Shown here in pieces: positions 8,306 through 17,181 of a stretch of 34,339 bases of DNA. The notes under the pieces were generated by a model that did no database searches, was not told the DNA's origin, and worked only from the letters and a program-made list of their open reading frames with translations. How positions within the stretch are numbered: the first letter of the stretch is position 1; every line of letters begins with the position of its first letter. Origin of the DNA: Armatimonadota bacterium (GTDB taxonomy: Bacteria > Armatimonadota > Zipacnadia > Zipacnadales > UBA5352); assembly GCA_034722055.1 (NCBI GenBank), contig JAYENL010000157.1, positions 1 through 34,339 of the forward strand. Direction: 5' to 3'. Position numbers and translations under genes: made by a program.

Positions 8306-10456
8306 ATGCTGGGGCTTGCCGGCCTGATGGTGGCGGTGGCGTGGGGGGCGCCCGCGGCCGATGGCGTCGAGGTGGCGGTGAACGGACAGCCGATCTGCGG
8401 CAGCTTCGCCTACGAGTGGCTGCCTGATGAGCTGCGGCAGGCGCAGGAGACGGGCATCAACCTGGTCTTCTGCTACGAGCACCGGTCCTCCAACGCCCTT
8501 CTGGACCCCGAAACGGAGCTGGGGCGCATTGCCCTGGAGGGCGGCATCGGCGTGATGGCCAACTTCCTGCGCTACGCCGGCAGCGCGCGACTCACTGCCG
8601 ATGTGGGGGCCGACGACGAGGTCATCCCCCTGACCGCCGTCGGCTCCCTGCCCGATGAGGGCCTGCTATGGATTGAGGATGAGGCCGTGGCCTACGCCTC
8701 GAAGACCGAGGGCGGCGTGGTTGTCTCCCGGCGAGGCGCGACCGGCACCGAGCCGGCGGCCCATCCGGAGGGCACCTTCCTGTTCGAGCAGAGCACGCTG
8801 CGCGAGCACCTGGACCGCGTCAAGGCCTCGCCGAACCTGTGGGGCTTCTGGGTGCTTGACGACAAGAAGCGCACGGGCACCCAGCGCCCGGCCCTGCGGA
8901 ACCTCTACCGGCTGATCCGGGAGTGGGACGTGGACGAGAGTGGCGAGCCCTACGGGCACGTGGTGGTGGCGGGCTTCGCCAACCCGGAGGCGCTGACGAA
9001 CTTCGACGCCGACGTCTGCGACGCGGCGGGCGTGTACATCTACCCGGCGCGCCGCGGCTCCTTCCGCACCTGGCTGATCGAGGATCGCCTGCGCGAGATG
9101 GTACCGGTGATGCGCCAGCGCGACCCGGACGTGGAGATGATCGGCATCTACCAGGCCTTCCACGGGACCAACTGGGAGCCTAAGCCCACGCGCGCCCAGG
9201 TCCGCCAGCAGGTGATGGACTTCCTGCGCTGGGGCGCCTGCGGCGTGATGGCTTACTCCTGGCGCATGATCCGCGACCACGCCACGCTCAACACCATGGA
9301 TGACCTGCGAGCAGAGGTCGCGGAGATCGCGCAGGGGCTGTACGGCGGCGAGCTTGACGTGGGCCGAGAGCCGCCGCTACCGCCCTCGGAGCAGGAGTAT
9401 ACGGTGCCCGACGCCCCCCTGGTGCCGGCAGTCGTCCCGGAGCCGGACATGAGGCTGCCGGACCCGAGCGCCGGGCTGGAGGTGGAGCTGGGGGAGCTTC
9501 CGGGCCGCGACGGGACATGGCTGCACATGCGCTTCGACCGCTGGGAGGAGGGCGGCCCGCAGTGGCCCGGCGTCTCGTTTCAGGCCGAGGAGCGGACGCT
9601 GCTGCTTTCGGACTGGTCGGCGTTCGGGGGCCTCGTGGCGCGGGTGATGAACCTGCTGGAGACCGACTCCGAGATCGGCGTGGCGGTGGCCGGCCCGCGT
9701 GGCTTCTGGGCGGAGTACTTCCCTCTGCCCGCCGAGGTGGTGCACGATGTCGCCATCGACCTCAACCACGTGCGCCGCGCGACGCCCCTCAGCGCAGTGC
9801 AGCGCATGACGCTGCTGATGCGCCGGCCGCCGGTGGACACGCACCTGGCCCTGCAGGGCTGCTACCTGGCCCCGACAGTCTTTGAGGTGGATGAGGCCGC
9901 GACCGCCTCGGTTCCGAAGTTCGCCGTGGGCCTCGCGCCCGATGAGGCCCTGGCGCAGATGGCGGCGCTGGAGCTGCGCGACGACACCGGCTCGGCGCCG
10001 GTCAAGCCGGTGACGGTGAGGCTGGCGCGCTCGGGTGAGGCCCTGAAGGTGCGCTTCGAGAGCAGCGTGCCGGACGCCAATGCGCTCATCGTCAGGGACG
10101 AGGAGCGCGATGCCGACCTGGCGGGTGAGGACGCCGTTGAGGTGCTGTTGCGTCCCGCCGGCGGCGAACGCGTGGCGCGTCTGCGGGTGAACGCGAACGG
10201 CGCCGTGCGCGACGAGCTTGTCGATCTCGCCGGCGGGCACCGCGACTGGGACTGGGGCGCCACGGTCTCCAGCGAGCTTGCCGAGGGCCTCTGGATCGTG
10301 CAGGCGACGCTCCCACTGACGGCGCTCAGCGACGATCCCGGAACACAGTGGGAGGCCGAGTTCCGGCGCCTGGACACCGAGCTGCGGCCGCTCTCCTGGG
10401 TGCCGCGCCCGGTCCCCGGTGGCGAGTCCCTGGGCCGGCTGGAGCTGCTGCCCTGA
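8306..10456 (+). CDS. Secreted modular protein: GH-like TIM barrel with an inserted module, jelly-roll domain, C-terminal CBM9-like domain
   Basis: GGAGGT RBS then ATG 8306 (ATG 8282 also possible). Signal peptide ending ...AWGAPA. Barrel motifs 'GINLV', 'SPNLWGFWVLDD', 'YIYP', 'YQAF', 'GACGVMAYSW'. C-terminal 'DAVEVLL..VNANGAVRD..W..LWIVQATLP'. Confidence 0.75.
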   Translation: MLGLAGLMVAVAWGAPAADGVEVAVNGQPICGSFAYEWLPDELRQAQETGINLVFCYEHRSSNALLDPETELGRIALEGGIGVMANFLRYAGSARLTADVGADDEVIPLTAVGSLPDEGLLWIEDEAVAYASKTEGGVVVSRRGATGTEPAAHPEGTFLFEQSTLREHLDRVKASPNLWGFWVLDDKKRTGTQRPALRNLYRLIREWDVDESGEPYGHVVVAGFANPEALTNFDADVCDAAGVYIYPARRGSFRTWLIEDRLREMVPVMRQRDPDVEMIGIYQAFHGTNWEPKPTRAQVRQQVMDFLRWGACGVMAYSWRMIRDHATLNTMDDLRAEVAEIAQGLYGGELDVGREPPLPPSEQEYTVPDAPLVPAVVPEPDMRLPDPSAGLEVELGELPGRDGTWLHMRFDRWEEGGPQWPGVSFQAEERTLLLSDWSAFGGLVARVMNLLETDSEIGVAVAGPRGFWAEYFPLPAEVVHDVAIDLNHVRRATPLSAVQRMTLLMRRPPVDTHLALQGCYLAPTVFEVDEAATASVPKFAVGLAPDEALAQMAALELRDDTGSAPVKPVTVRLARSGEALKVRFESSVPDANALIVRDEERDADLAGEDAVEVLLRPAGGERVARLRVNANGAVRDELVDLAGGHRDWDWGATVSSELAEGLWIVQATLPLTALSDDPGTQWEAEFRRLDTELRPLSWVPRPVPGGESLGRLELLP

Positions 10457-10500
10457 CCGACCGGGTCGGGCTGGAAGCTGAGCGCGCCGAGACGCGCTCA

Positions 10501-10609
10501 CCTGCGCCTGACATCCAGGTCAGGCGCAGGCCGACCTACGCGGAAGGGGGCTACGTCGCGTGGCGTTGAGGGCGTCAGGTCCAGGCCGGCCTACGCGGAG
10601 GAGGGCTAC
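10501..10609. repeat. REP-like element: perfect 12-bp inverted repeat plus two 36-bp degenerate direct repeats between convergent genes
   Basis: CCTGCGCCTGAC-ATCCAG-GTCAGGCGCAGG (10501-10530). Direct repeats 10519-10554 and 10574-10609 differ at 5 positions, and each begins GTAG on the minus strand. Confidence 0.7.
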
Positions 10610-12435
10610 CCCACCTCGTCCAGCACGCGAGGGATCAGCTCAAGCAGCCTGTCCGCCTCCATGGTATGTGCCCGGGTGTTGGGGTGCAGGCCGTCGAGCA
10701 GCAGGTCATCAACCGAGCGCCCCTCCTCGGCCTCCGCCCACTCCTGGAACATCGCGAAGCTGTCCACCAGCGGCAGGTCGTGCCGCCGGGCGATGTCGCG
10801 CATGCGTTCCACGTACTCCCGGAGCATGAAGCTGAAGCCGTCCGGATCCTCGGGGTCGTAGGGCGGCTTGCCGTAGAGCTCCCTGGTCTTCTCGGCCCAC
10901 CGCAGCGGGTTCGGGGTCATGAGGATGACCTTCGCGCCCCGCTCCTGCAGCGCCGCGACGAAGTGCTCCAGGTTCGCCTCGTAGCGGTCGATGGGCACGC
11001 GCGGCTCGGTGACGTCGCGCCAGACGTCTATGGCAGAGTCGTTGATGCCGAACTGGATAATGGCCAGGTCGGGCTCGTGCGCCAGGACATCGGCCTCGAA
11101 CCGCTGCCGGGCCTCCTCGGTGTGTGACGAGCCCTTGCCGGCGTTGATGACCTCAACGCTGCGCCCCCGGTCCGCCATCTCCCACTCGATCTGCGTGGCG
11201 TAGGTGAGCACCCGGCCGCGGGGCGCGGTGGTGGAGTCGCCGAAGGCCACGATGGTCAGGTCCGCCTCCGCCTGCTCCTCCATCGGCCCCTCCAGCAGGT
11301 CCTCCTCGGTGACGGAGACGACGTTCCGCGCCCAGTCCCCGCCCGCCACGAAGCCGATCCACAGCTCGCCGGGGGTGAACTCGCGGATCTGCGGGTAGCA
11401 CAGGCGGGGGCCCTCCGCGAAGGTGATCGGCTCCGACCAGGTCTCGCAGTCATCCTCGGAGACCGCGATCAGCAGCGAGTTGCGCCAGCCGTCGGAGGGC
11501 AGCAGCGTGCCCCCGCCGGTGTACTCCCCGGGCACCAGCTCATCGAGCGGCCGCATCTGCTTGCCTGGCGACAGCGGGTTCCAGACCATCACGTGCCGGC
11601 CGCTCTGGAGCCGTTGGACCGCCGCAGGCGCGTTGCTGGCGGCGATCTGCGTGGGCTCGAGCTGCTTCCAGGTCAGCCCGCCGTCCCACGAGTAGGCCTT
11701 CCAGAGGCGGTCCAGCGGCGTGCGCATGTACATCACCAGCCGCCCGTCGGAGAGCTCGGTGAGGGTGCCCTCGAAGATGCCGTCGTGGTGGCCGTGACCG
11801 CCGATGTCGATGATGTTGCTCCGCCGCCAGGTGGCGCCGTCGTCGGTGGACGCGTAGGTGACCTGCAGGTGGCGGCCGGGGTTGGGGTAGTACTGCTGGC
11901 AGGGGAAGACGATGTTGCCCCCGCTGGTCTGGATGATGTCGTTGAGCCCCCCGGTGTAACCGTCGGAGACCATCTGGCGATCCACCCAGGTCCTCCCGCC
12001 GTCGAGGCTGCGGATCGACCACACCGTCAGCTTGGGGTCCATGGCCTCGCCGGCCTGCGCGTCCCACTGCCAGTGCCAGTTCTCGAAGTCGCGGTAGACC
12101 CAGATGATGACGCCGCTCTCGGTTTGCAGGGCCAGGCCGCACTCGAGGTCGCGCGTGGGCCGACCGGGGCCCTCGCCCTGGTACATGGTGGCGATCTGCT
12201 CCCAGGTCTGGCCGTCATCGCTGACCTCGACAGTGCCGCCCTCCTCGCTGCTCAGGCGCATCATGCGGCCGTCCTCGAGCCTGATGAAAGAGCCGGCGGC
12301 GTGGCCCTGCGAGACGACGCTGAAGCGGGGATCGAGCCAATAGCCGCGCTCCCGCGCAGAGGGGCCGTTGGCGTACGCGGCGACGACGAGAACGAGCAGC
12401 GCCATGACGAGCGCCGTCAGCAGGGAATGGTTCAT
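10606..12435 (-). CDS. Secreted BNR/Asp-box sialidase-like beta-propeller fused to a C-terminal SGNH/GDSL esterase
   Basis: Signal peptide. Five Asp boxes (SDDGQTW, SLDGGRTW, STDDGATW, SWDGGLTW, SEDDCETW). SGNH blocks FGDST, NAGKG, FGIND, DGLHP. ATG 12435 follows GAGGTG. Confidence 0.9.
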   Translation of the reverse strand: MNHSLLTALVMALLVLVVAAYANGPSARERGYWLDPRFSVVSQGHAAGSFIRLEDGRMMRLSSEEGGTVEVSDDGQTWEQIATMYQGEGPGRPTRDLECGLALQTESGVIIWVYRDFENWHWQWDAQAGEAMDPKLTVWSIRSLDGGRTWVDRQMVSDGYTGGLNDIIQTSGGNIVFPCQQYYPNPGRHLQVTYASTDDGATWRRSNIIDIGGHGHHDGIFEGTLTELSDGRLVMYMRTPLDRLWKAYSWDGGLTWKQLEPTQIAASNAPAAVQRLQSGRHVMVWNPLSPGKQMRPLDELVPGEYTGGGTLLPSDGWRNSLLIAVSEDDCETWSEPITFAEGPRLCYPQIREFTPGELWIGFVAGGDWARNVVSVTEEDLLEGPMEEQAEADLTIVAFGDSTTAPRGRVLTYATQIEWEMADRGRSVEVINAGKGSSHTEEARQRFEADVLAHEPDLAIIQFGINDSAIDVWRDVTEPRVPIDRYEANLEHFVAALQERGAKVILMTPNPLRWAEKTRELYGKPPYDPEDPDGFSFMLREYVERMRDIARRHDLPLVDSFAMFQEWAEAEEGRSVDDLLLDGLHPNTRAHTMEADRLLELIPRVLDEVG

Positions 12436-12589
12436 CCGGATCACCTCGTTATCGTGTCAGCGCTGTGCCTCTCAGTTCGCCGGAGCGCGGCTGTCACCTA
12501 CCTGACTCCGTATCGCCGGAGGGGATGACCGGGCGGGCGTGGAAAGGTGTGAGTGAGGCTTGGCAAGGCTCGGAGCCGGAGGTGCGGCC

Positions 12590-13879
12590 ATGAAGCGCGC
12601 GATGATCGTGACCATTGGTCTTCTCGTTCTTACCGCCGGCTGCGGACGGCGGCAGACACAGGAGATCACGCCGGCGCGCCCGGGAGGGGAGCCGGGCGCG
12701 GGCGCCACCGAGATCAGCTTCCTGGCGATGGAGTACGACACCAACACGCGCCCGTTCATGCAGAGGCTCGAGGAGCAGTTCGAGGCCGCCAACTCCGACG
12801 TGGACCTGCGCATTGAGGTCATCGACTGGAACGCGGGCTTCCAGAAGCTCTCCACGCTCATCAGCGCCGACAACGCGCCGGACCTGGCCAACATCGCCAC
12901 CATCTGGCTGCCGGAGCTGGTGGCGCTGGATGTGGTGCAGCCGCTGGACGAGTACGTGTCCGATGAGATGCGCGAGCGGTTCATCCCCAAGACCCTGCGC
13001 GGCGCCACCTACGAGGACACGCTCTACGGGCTGCCCATCGCCGTCTCGGCGCGGGCGCTGTACTGCAATGCCGATCTGCTGGAGAGGGCCGCCAAGCAGC
13101 CGCCCACCAACTGGGATGAGCTGCTGAGCGTGGCACAGGCCACCACTAATCCTGAGGAGGGCATCTACGGCTTCGGCATGCAGGGCGCCAAGGTGGAGAC
13201 CGACGTCTACTTCTACTACTTCCTGTGGGCCAACGGCGGCAGGATCCTCAACGAGGACCACACCCGGGCCACCTTCAACTCCCCGGCCGGCGTGGAGGCC
13301 CTGCAGTTCATGGTGGACCTCATCCACACGTATGAGGTGACCCAGCCGGGCACGACGGCCTATGAGCGCGAGGACCTGCAGGACATGTTCAAGGGCGGAC
13401 AGCTCGCCATGATGATCACCGGACCGTGGTTCCGGGGGATGCTGGAGGAGGACACCCCGGACCTGGAGTACGAGCTGGCGCCCATCCCCGCCCGCGAGGA
13501 GCAGGTCACCATGGCGGTGACCGACAACCTCATCATGTTCCAGAGCTGCGAGGACAAGGACGCCGCCTGGCGCTTCGTGGAGTTCTTCTACGACCCCGAT
13601 CTGCGCCTGGAGTGGGCGGAGACCTTCGGGATGCTCCCCGAGCTCAAGAAGGTCGCCGAGAGCGACTACATCACCTCCAGCGAGCAGTGGAGCCTGTTCA
13701 TGAGCCTGCTGCCCGACGGGCGCTTCGTGCCCCTGCACCCGCGCTGGAAGCAGATCTCCGAGGAGATCATCGTCGGCCTGCAGGAGGCCCAGCTCCAGAC
13801 CAAGAGCCCCCAGGAGGCGCTCGACGACGCCGCCGAGCGGGTGAACAAGATCCTGCAGGAGAGCCTCGCCGAGCAGTAG
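12590..13879 (+). CDS. Sugar ABC transporter substrate-binding lipoprotein (CUT1)
   Basis: Lipobox LTAG-C; 'APDLA', 'YGLP', 'PTNWDELL', 'FKGGQLAMMITGPW'. GGAGGT RBS. Confidence 0.95.
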   Translation: MKRAMIVTIGLLVLTAGCGRRQTQEITPARPGGEPGAGATEISFLAMEYDTNTRPFMQRLEEQFEAANSDVDLRIEVIDWNAGFQKLSTLISADNAPDLANIATIWLPELVALDVVQPLDEYVSDEMRERFIPKTLRGATYEDTLYGLPIAVSARALYCNADLLERAAKQPPTNWDELLSVAQATTNPEEGIYGFGMQGAKVETDVYFYYFLWANGGRILNEDHTRATFNSPAGVEALQFMVDLIHTYEVTQPGTTAYEREDLQDMFKGGQLAMMITGPWFRGMLEEDTPDLEYELAPIPAREEQVTMAVTDNLIMFQSCEDKDAAWRFVEFFYDPDLRLEWAETFGMLPELKKVAESDYITSSEQWSLFMSLLPDGRFVPLHPRWKQISEEIIVGLQEAQLQTKSPQEALDDAAERVNKILQESLAEQ

Positions 13880-14007
13880 CCCTGCCCTGGATCAAGCCGA
13901 CGGCGCGGGACGCCGGGTGGCGCAGGTAACCGTCCGACGAGGCTGAAACGTGCGCAGCAGATTCACTGCACTGCACACACCGATGTCCGCAGAAGACATG
14001 GATCTCG

Positions 14008-14895
14008 ATGAAGCGAACCCGTGAGGGGCTGCTGGCGGCGGTCTTCCTGGCGCCCAGCGCCCTGCTGCTGACAGGCGTGGTCTTCTACCCCATCCTGCTC
14101 ACCTTCTACGCCTCGGTGTGTGAGGTGGACCGCAAGGGCATTCCCCAGCGGTTCGGAACCCTTCAGAACTTCCGCGATCTGATCCACAGCGACGTCTTCG
14201 TGCACGACATCGTGCCGCAGACGGTCATCTGGACGGTCGTGGTCGTGGCCGGGACCATGGCCATCTCGATGGTCGTGGCCCTGGCGCTGAACGAGCGGCT
14301 GCCCGGCCGGCGGCTCATGCGCGCCATCGTGCTGCTGCCGTGGGCCACGGCGCTGGTGATCTCCGCGGCGATCTTCACGTGGCTGCTGCACCCCACTCAG
14401 GGGCCGATCAACGGCCTGCTGCGCGCCTGGGGGCTGATGGAGACGCCGCCCCCGTGGCTGGCCACTCCCGACCTGGCCTTCGTCTCCGTGATCGTCGTCG
14501 GCATCTGGGTGTCGATCCCCTTCACATCCACCGTGCTGCTGGCCGGGCTGCAGGCCATCCCCGACGAGCTGCATGAGGCGGCGCTGATCGACGGGGCCAA
14601 CGCCTGGCAGCGCTTCCGGATGGTCACGCTGCCGCTGCTGCGCCCCGTGCTGCTGGTGGCGGTGGTCCTCAACGTTATCTACGTCTTCAACTCCTTCCCC
14701 ATCATCTGGACGCTGACCCAGGGCGGGCCGGCCAACCAGACGCACATCATCGTGACCTACCTCTACAAGACCGCCATCTGGGAGCGGCAGTACGGCCAGG
14801 GCTATGCCATGGCGATGATCACCTTCGTGGTGCTGCTGGCCTTCGCCATCACCTACACCCTCTGGTTCGGGCGGGAGGAGGTGGAGCGCCTGTGA
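14008..14895 (+). CDS. Carbohydrate ABC transporter permease (MalF/UgpA type)
   Basis: Multiple hydrophobic segments; EAA loop 'LAGLQAIPDELHEAALIDGANAWQRF'. Confidence 0.95.
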   Translation: MKRTREGLLAAVFLAPSALLLTGVVFYPILLTFYASVCEVDRKGIPQRFGTLQNFRDLIHSDVFVHDIVPQTVIWTVVVVAGTMAISMVVALALNERLPGRRLMRAIVLLPWATALVISAAIFTWLLHPTQGPINGLLRAWGLMETPPPWLATPDLAFVSVIVVGIWVSIPFTSTVLLAGLQAIPDELHEAALIDGANAWQRFRMVTLPLLRPVLLVAVVLNVIYVFNSFPIIWTLTQGGPANQTHIIVTYLYKTAIWERQYGQGYAMAMITFVVLLAFAITYTLWFGREEVERL

Positions 14896-15728
14896 TGGCC
14901 ACCCGCAGCCAGCGGCTGCTGCTGGTGCTGGTGATGCTGCCTGTCATCGCCATCATCCTGCTGCCTTACCTGCTGATGCTCTCTGGGGCGCTCAAGTCGC
15001 CGGAGGAGATCGTCGCCCGCGAGTTCACGGTCATCCCGCAGCATCCGCAGCCAGCCAACTTCGTGGAGGTCTTCCGCGCCATGCCCCTGGCGCGGTTCTT
15101 CCTCAACTCCACCATCATTGCGGTAGGGGCCATGCTGCTGGTGCTGGCCTGCGCCATCCCCGCCGGCTACGCCCTGGGCAGGCTCCGCTTTTTCGGCCGT
15201 CGGGCAGTGCTCTTCGCTATCCTTACGACGCAGATGTTCTCGCCCATTGTGCTGATCATCGCACTGTTCAGCGAGTTCACGCACTACGGGCTGCTAGAGG
15301 GGTGGCGCTGCTACATCGCCCTGATCCTCGCCGACGGCGCCTGCCGCCTGGCCTTCAGCATCTGGCTGCTCACCGGCTACTTCTCGACGGTCCCCCGTGA
15401 GGTGGAGGAGGCGGCGCTGATCGACGGCTGCAGCCGGCTGCAGGCGCTCACGCGCGTGTTGCTGCCCATCTGCAAGCCCGGCGTGGTCACCACCATGATC
15501 TTCGCCTTCATCACCGCCTGGAACGAGTTCGTCTTCGCGCTGACCTTCGTGCCCAGCGACGAGTTCCGGCCCCTGACCGTCGCCATCCCCAGCTTCATCG
15601 GCCAGTACGGCGCGGATTGGCACCTGCTGATGGCGGCGGCGCTGCTGGCCACGGTTCCGGTGGTGGCGATGTTCCTGCTGGTGGAGAGGCACCTGGTGCG
15701 CGGCCTGGGCGCAGGCGCGATCAAGTAG
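14895..15728 (+). CDS. Carbohydrate ABC transporter permease (MalG/UgpE type)
   Basis: EAA loop 'VPREVEEAALIDGCSRL', 'FITAWNEF'. TGATG overlap with the previous permease. Confidence 0.95.
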   Translation: MATRSQRLLLVLVMLPVIAIILLPYLLMLSGALKSPEEIVAREFTVIPQHPQPANFVEVFRAMPLARFFLNSTIIAVGAMLLVLACAIPAGYALGRLRFFGRRAVLFAILTTQMFSPIVLIIALFSEFTHYGLLEGWRCYIALILADGACRLAFSIWLLTGYFSTVPREVEEAALIDGCSRLQALTRVLLPICKPGVVTTMIFAFITAWNEFVFALTFVPSDEFRPLTVAIPSFIGQYGADWHLLMAAALLATVPVVAMFLLVERHLVRGLGAGAIK

Positions 15729-15827
15729 GCGCCTGTGCCGGAGCGGTCGAGGAGGGCATGTGGGCTCGCCGGCGAAGGCATCGCCGCAAGCGGCAACGCA
15801 GACGGTCAAACGCCGGAGGTGCCTGAG

Positions 15828-17093
15828 TTGAAGGCCGGACGCGAAGAGCTGATGGAGATCATCGACCTCTGGGGCTACTCGGAGGATGCGCAGGGGAGCA
15901 TCCGAGAGATCCTGGAGAGCGAGGACCCGCCACCGCCACACCTGTTCCGCTACTACGGGCCTCTCGAGGGGAAGGGGAAGGTCTGGCAGGCCGAGCGGCT
16001 GTTCGAGGAGACCATCGGCACGCCGTACGCGCTGGCGGTCAACTCCGGCACGTCGGCGCTGATGTCGGCCGTCGCGGCCTGCGGGATCGGCCCCGGCGAT
16101 GAGGTGCTGGTGCCGGGCTACACCTTCTTCGCGTCCGCGTCGGTGATCGTGGCCTCGCGCGCCATCCCCGTCATCTGCGAGGTCAACGATTCGCTGAATC
16201 TGGACCCGGAGGACATGGAGCGGAAGATCACCCCACAGACCAAGGCGGCCATCGCCGTGCACATGAAGGGCATGCCGGCGGACATGGAGGAGATCATGGC
16301 GGTCGCCCACCGCCACGACCTCATCGTCATCGAGGACGTGGCCCAGGCCTGCGGGGGCCGGTACGGCGGTAGACACCTGGGCGCCATCGGCGACGTGGGC
16401 TGCTTCAGCTTCGACTTCTACAAGGTCGCCCAGAGCGGCGAGGGCGGCTTCGTGGCCACGGAGGACGAGTTCCTGTACATGCGCGCGCAGAGCTGGCATG
16501 ACACCGCCGCCTGCTGGCGGCCGGACCGCTACGCCAAGGAGCGTCGCGAGGGCGAGCTGTTCTGCGGCGAGAACTACCGGATGAGCGAGATGCAGGGCGC
16601 CGTGGCCCTGGCGCAGATCCGCAAGCTGCCCGATTACGTCGCGCGGCTCCACGCCAACAAGCGCCGCATCCGCGATCGCATCGACCTGCGCGGCGGGCTG
16701 TCACTGCGGCGGCAGCCCGACCCCGATGGCGACGCCAGCACGTCGCTGGTGATGTTCGCGCCATCGACGGAGGCCGTCGAGCCCCTGATCGCGGCCATGC
16801 ACGAGCACGGCGTTGGCGCCGGCGGTCGCTTCGACCAGACCGTGCGGGACTGGCACGTCTATAACTACTGGGAGCACATCCTGGAGCAGAAGACGGTGAC
16901 CGAGGAGGGCTGCCCCTTCACCTGCCCCTACTACCAGGGGACGCTGCCCGACTACGGGCCGGAGATGTGCCCGCAGACTCTGGACCTGCTGGCGCGCTCG
17001 GTGCACATCGGCATCTCCGATACCTGGTCGGCAGAGGAGTGCGACCGCATCGCCGACGGCATCAACAGGGCCGTCGAGGAGATCCTCGGCTGA
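15828..17093 (+). CDS. DegT/DnrJ/EryC1/StrS family PLP-dependent sugar aminotransferase
   Basis: 'VNSGTSAL', 'GPGDEVLVPGYTF', 'IEDVAQA', PLP lysine in 'SFDFYK..GEGG', 'GENYRMSE'. Start uncertain: TTG 15828 sits 7 nt after GGAGGT; GTG 15819 and ATG 15852 are alternatives. Confidence 0.9.
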   Translation: MKAGREELMEIIDLWGYSEDAQGSIREILESEDPPPPHLFRYYGPLEGKGKVWQAERLFEETIGTPYALAVNSGTSALMSAVAACGIGPGDEVLVPGYTFFASASVIVASRAIPVICEVNDSLNLDPEDMERKITPQTKAAIAVHMKGMPADMEEIMAVAHRHDLIVIEDVAQACGGRYGGRHLGAIGDVGCFSFDFYKVAQSGEGGFVATEDEFLYMRAQSWHDTAACWRPDRYAKERREGELFCGENYRMSEMQGAVALAQIRKLPDYVARLHANKRRIRDRIDLRGGLSLRRQPDPDGDASTSLVMFAPSTEAVEPLIAAMHEHGVGAGGRFDQTVRDWHVYNYWEHILEQKTVTEEGCPFTCPYYQGTLPDYGPEMCPQTLDLLARSVHIGISDTWSAEECDRIADGINRAVEEILG

Positions 17094-17181
17094 AGACATG
17101 CCGCGTGTGCCGAGGAGGAAACGCACGTTCGCATCGCGAAGTCTACGATATACGCAGCATCACTGATCCGTGGGGGAGCCC

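Noticed and set aside
10519..10609. 36-bp direct repeats as a mini CRISPR array
   Set aside because: Only two copies, 5 mismatches, a 19-bp spacer and no cas genes; better explained as REP-like.
15758..15826. Arg-rich short ORF (MWARRRRHRRKRQRRRSNAGGA) ending just before the DegT start, as a leader peptide
   Set aside because: RBS spacing is very short, Arg-rich off-frame peptides are common in GC-rich DNA, and no attenuator structure is evident.
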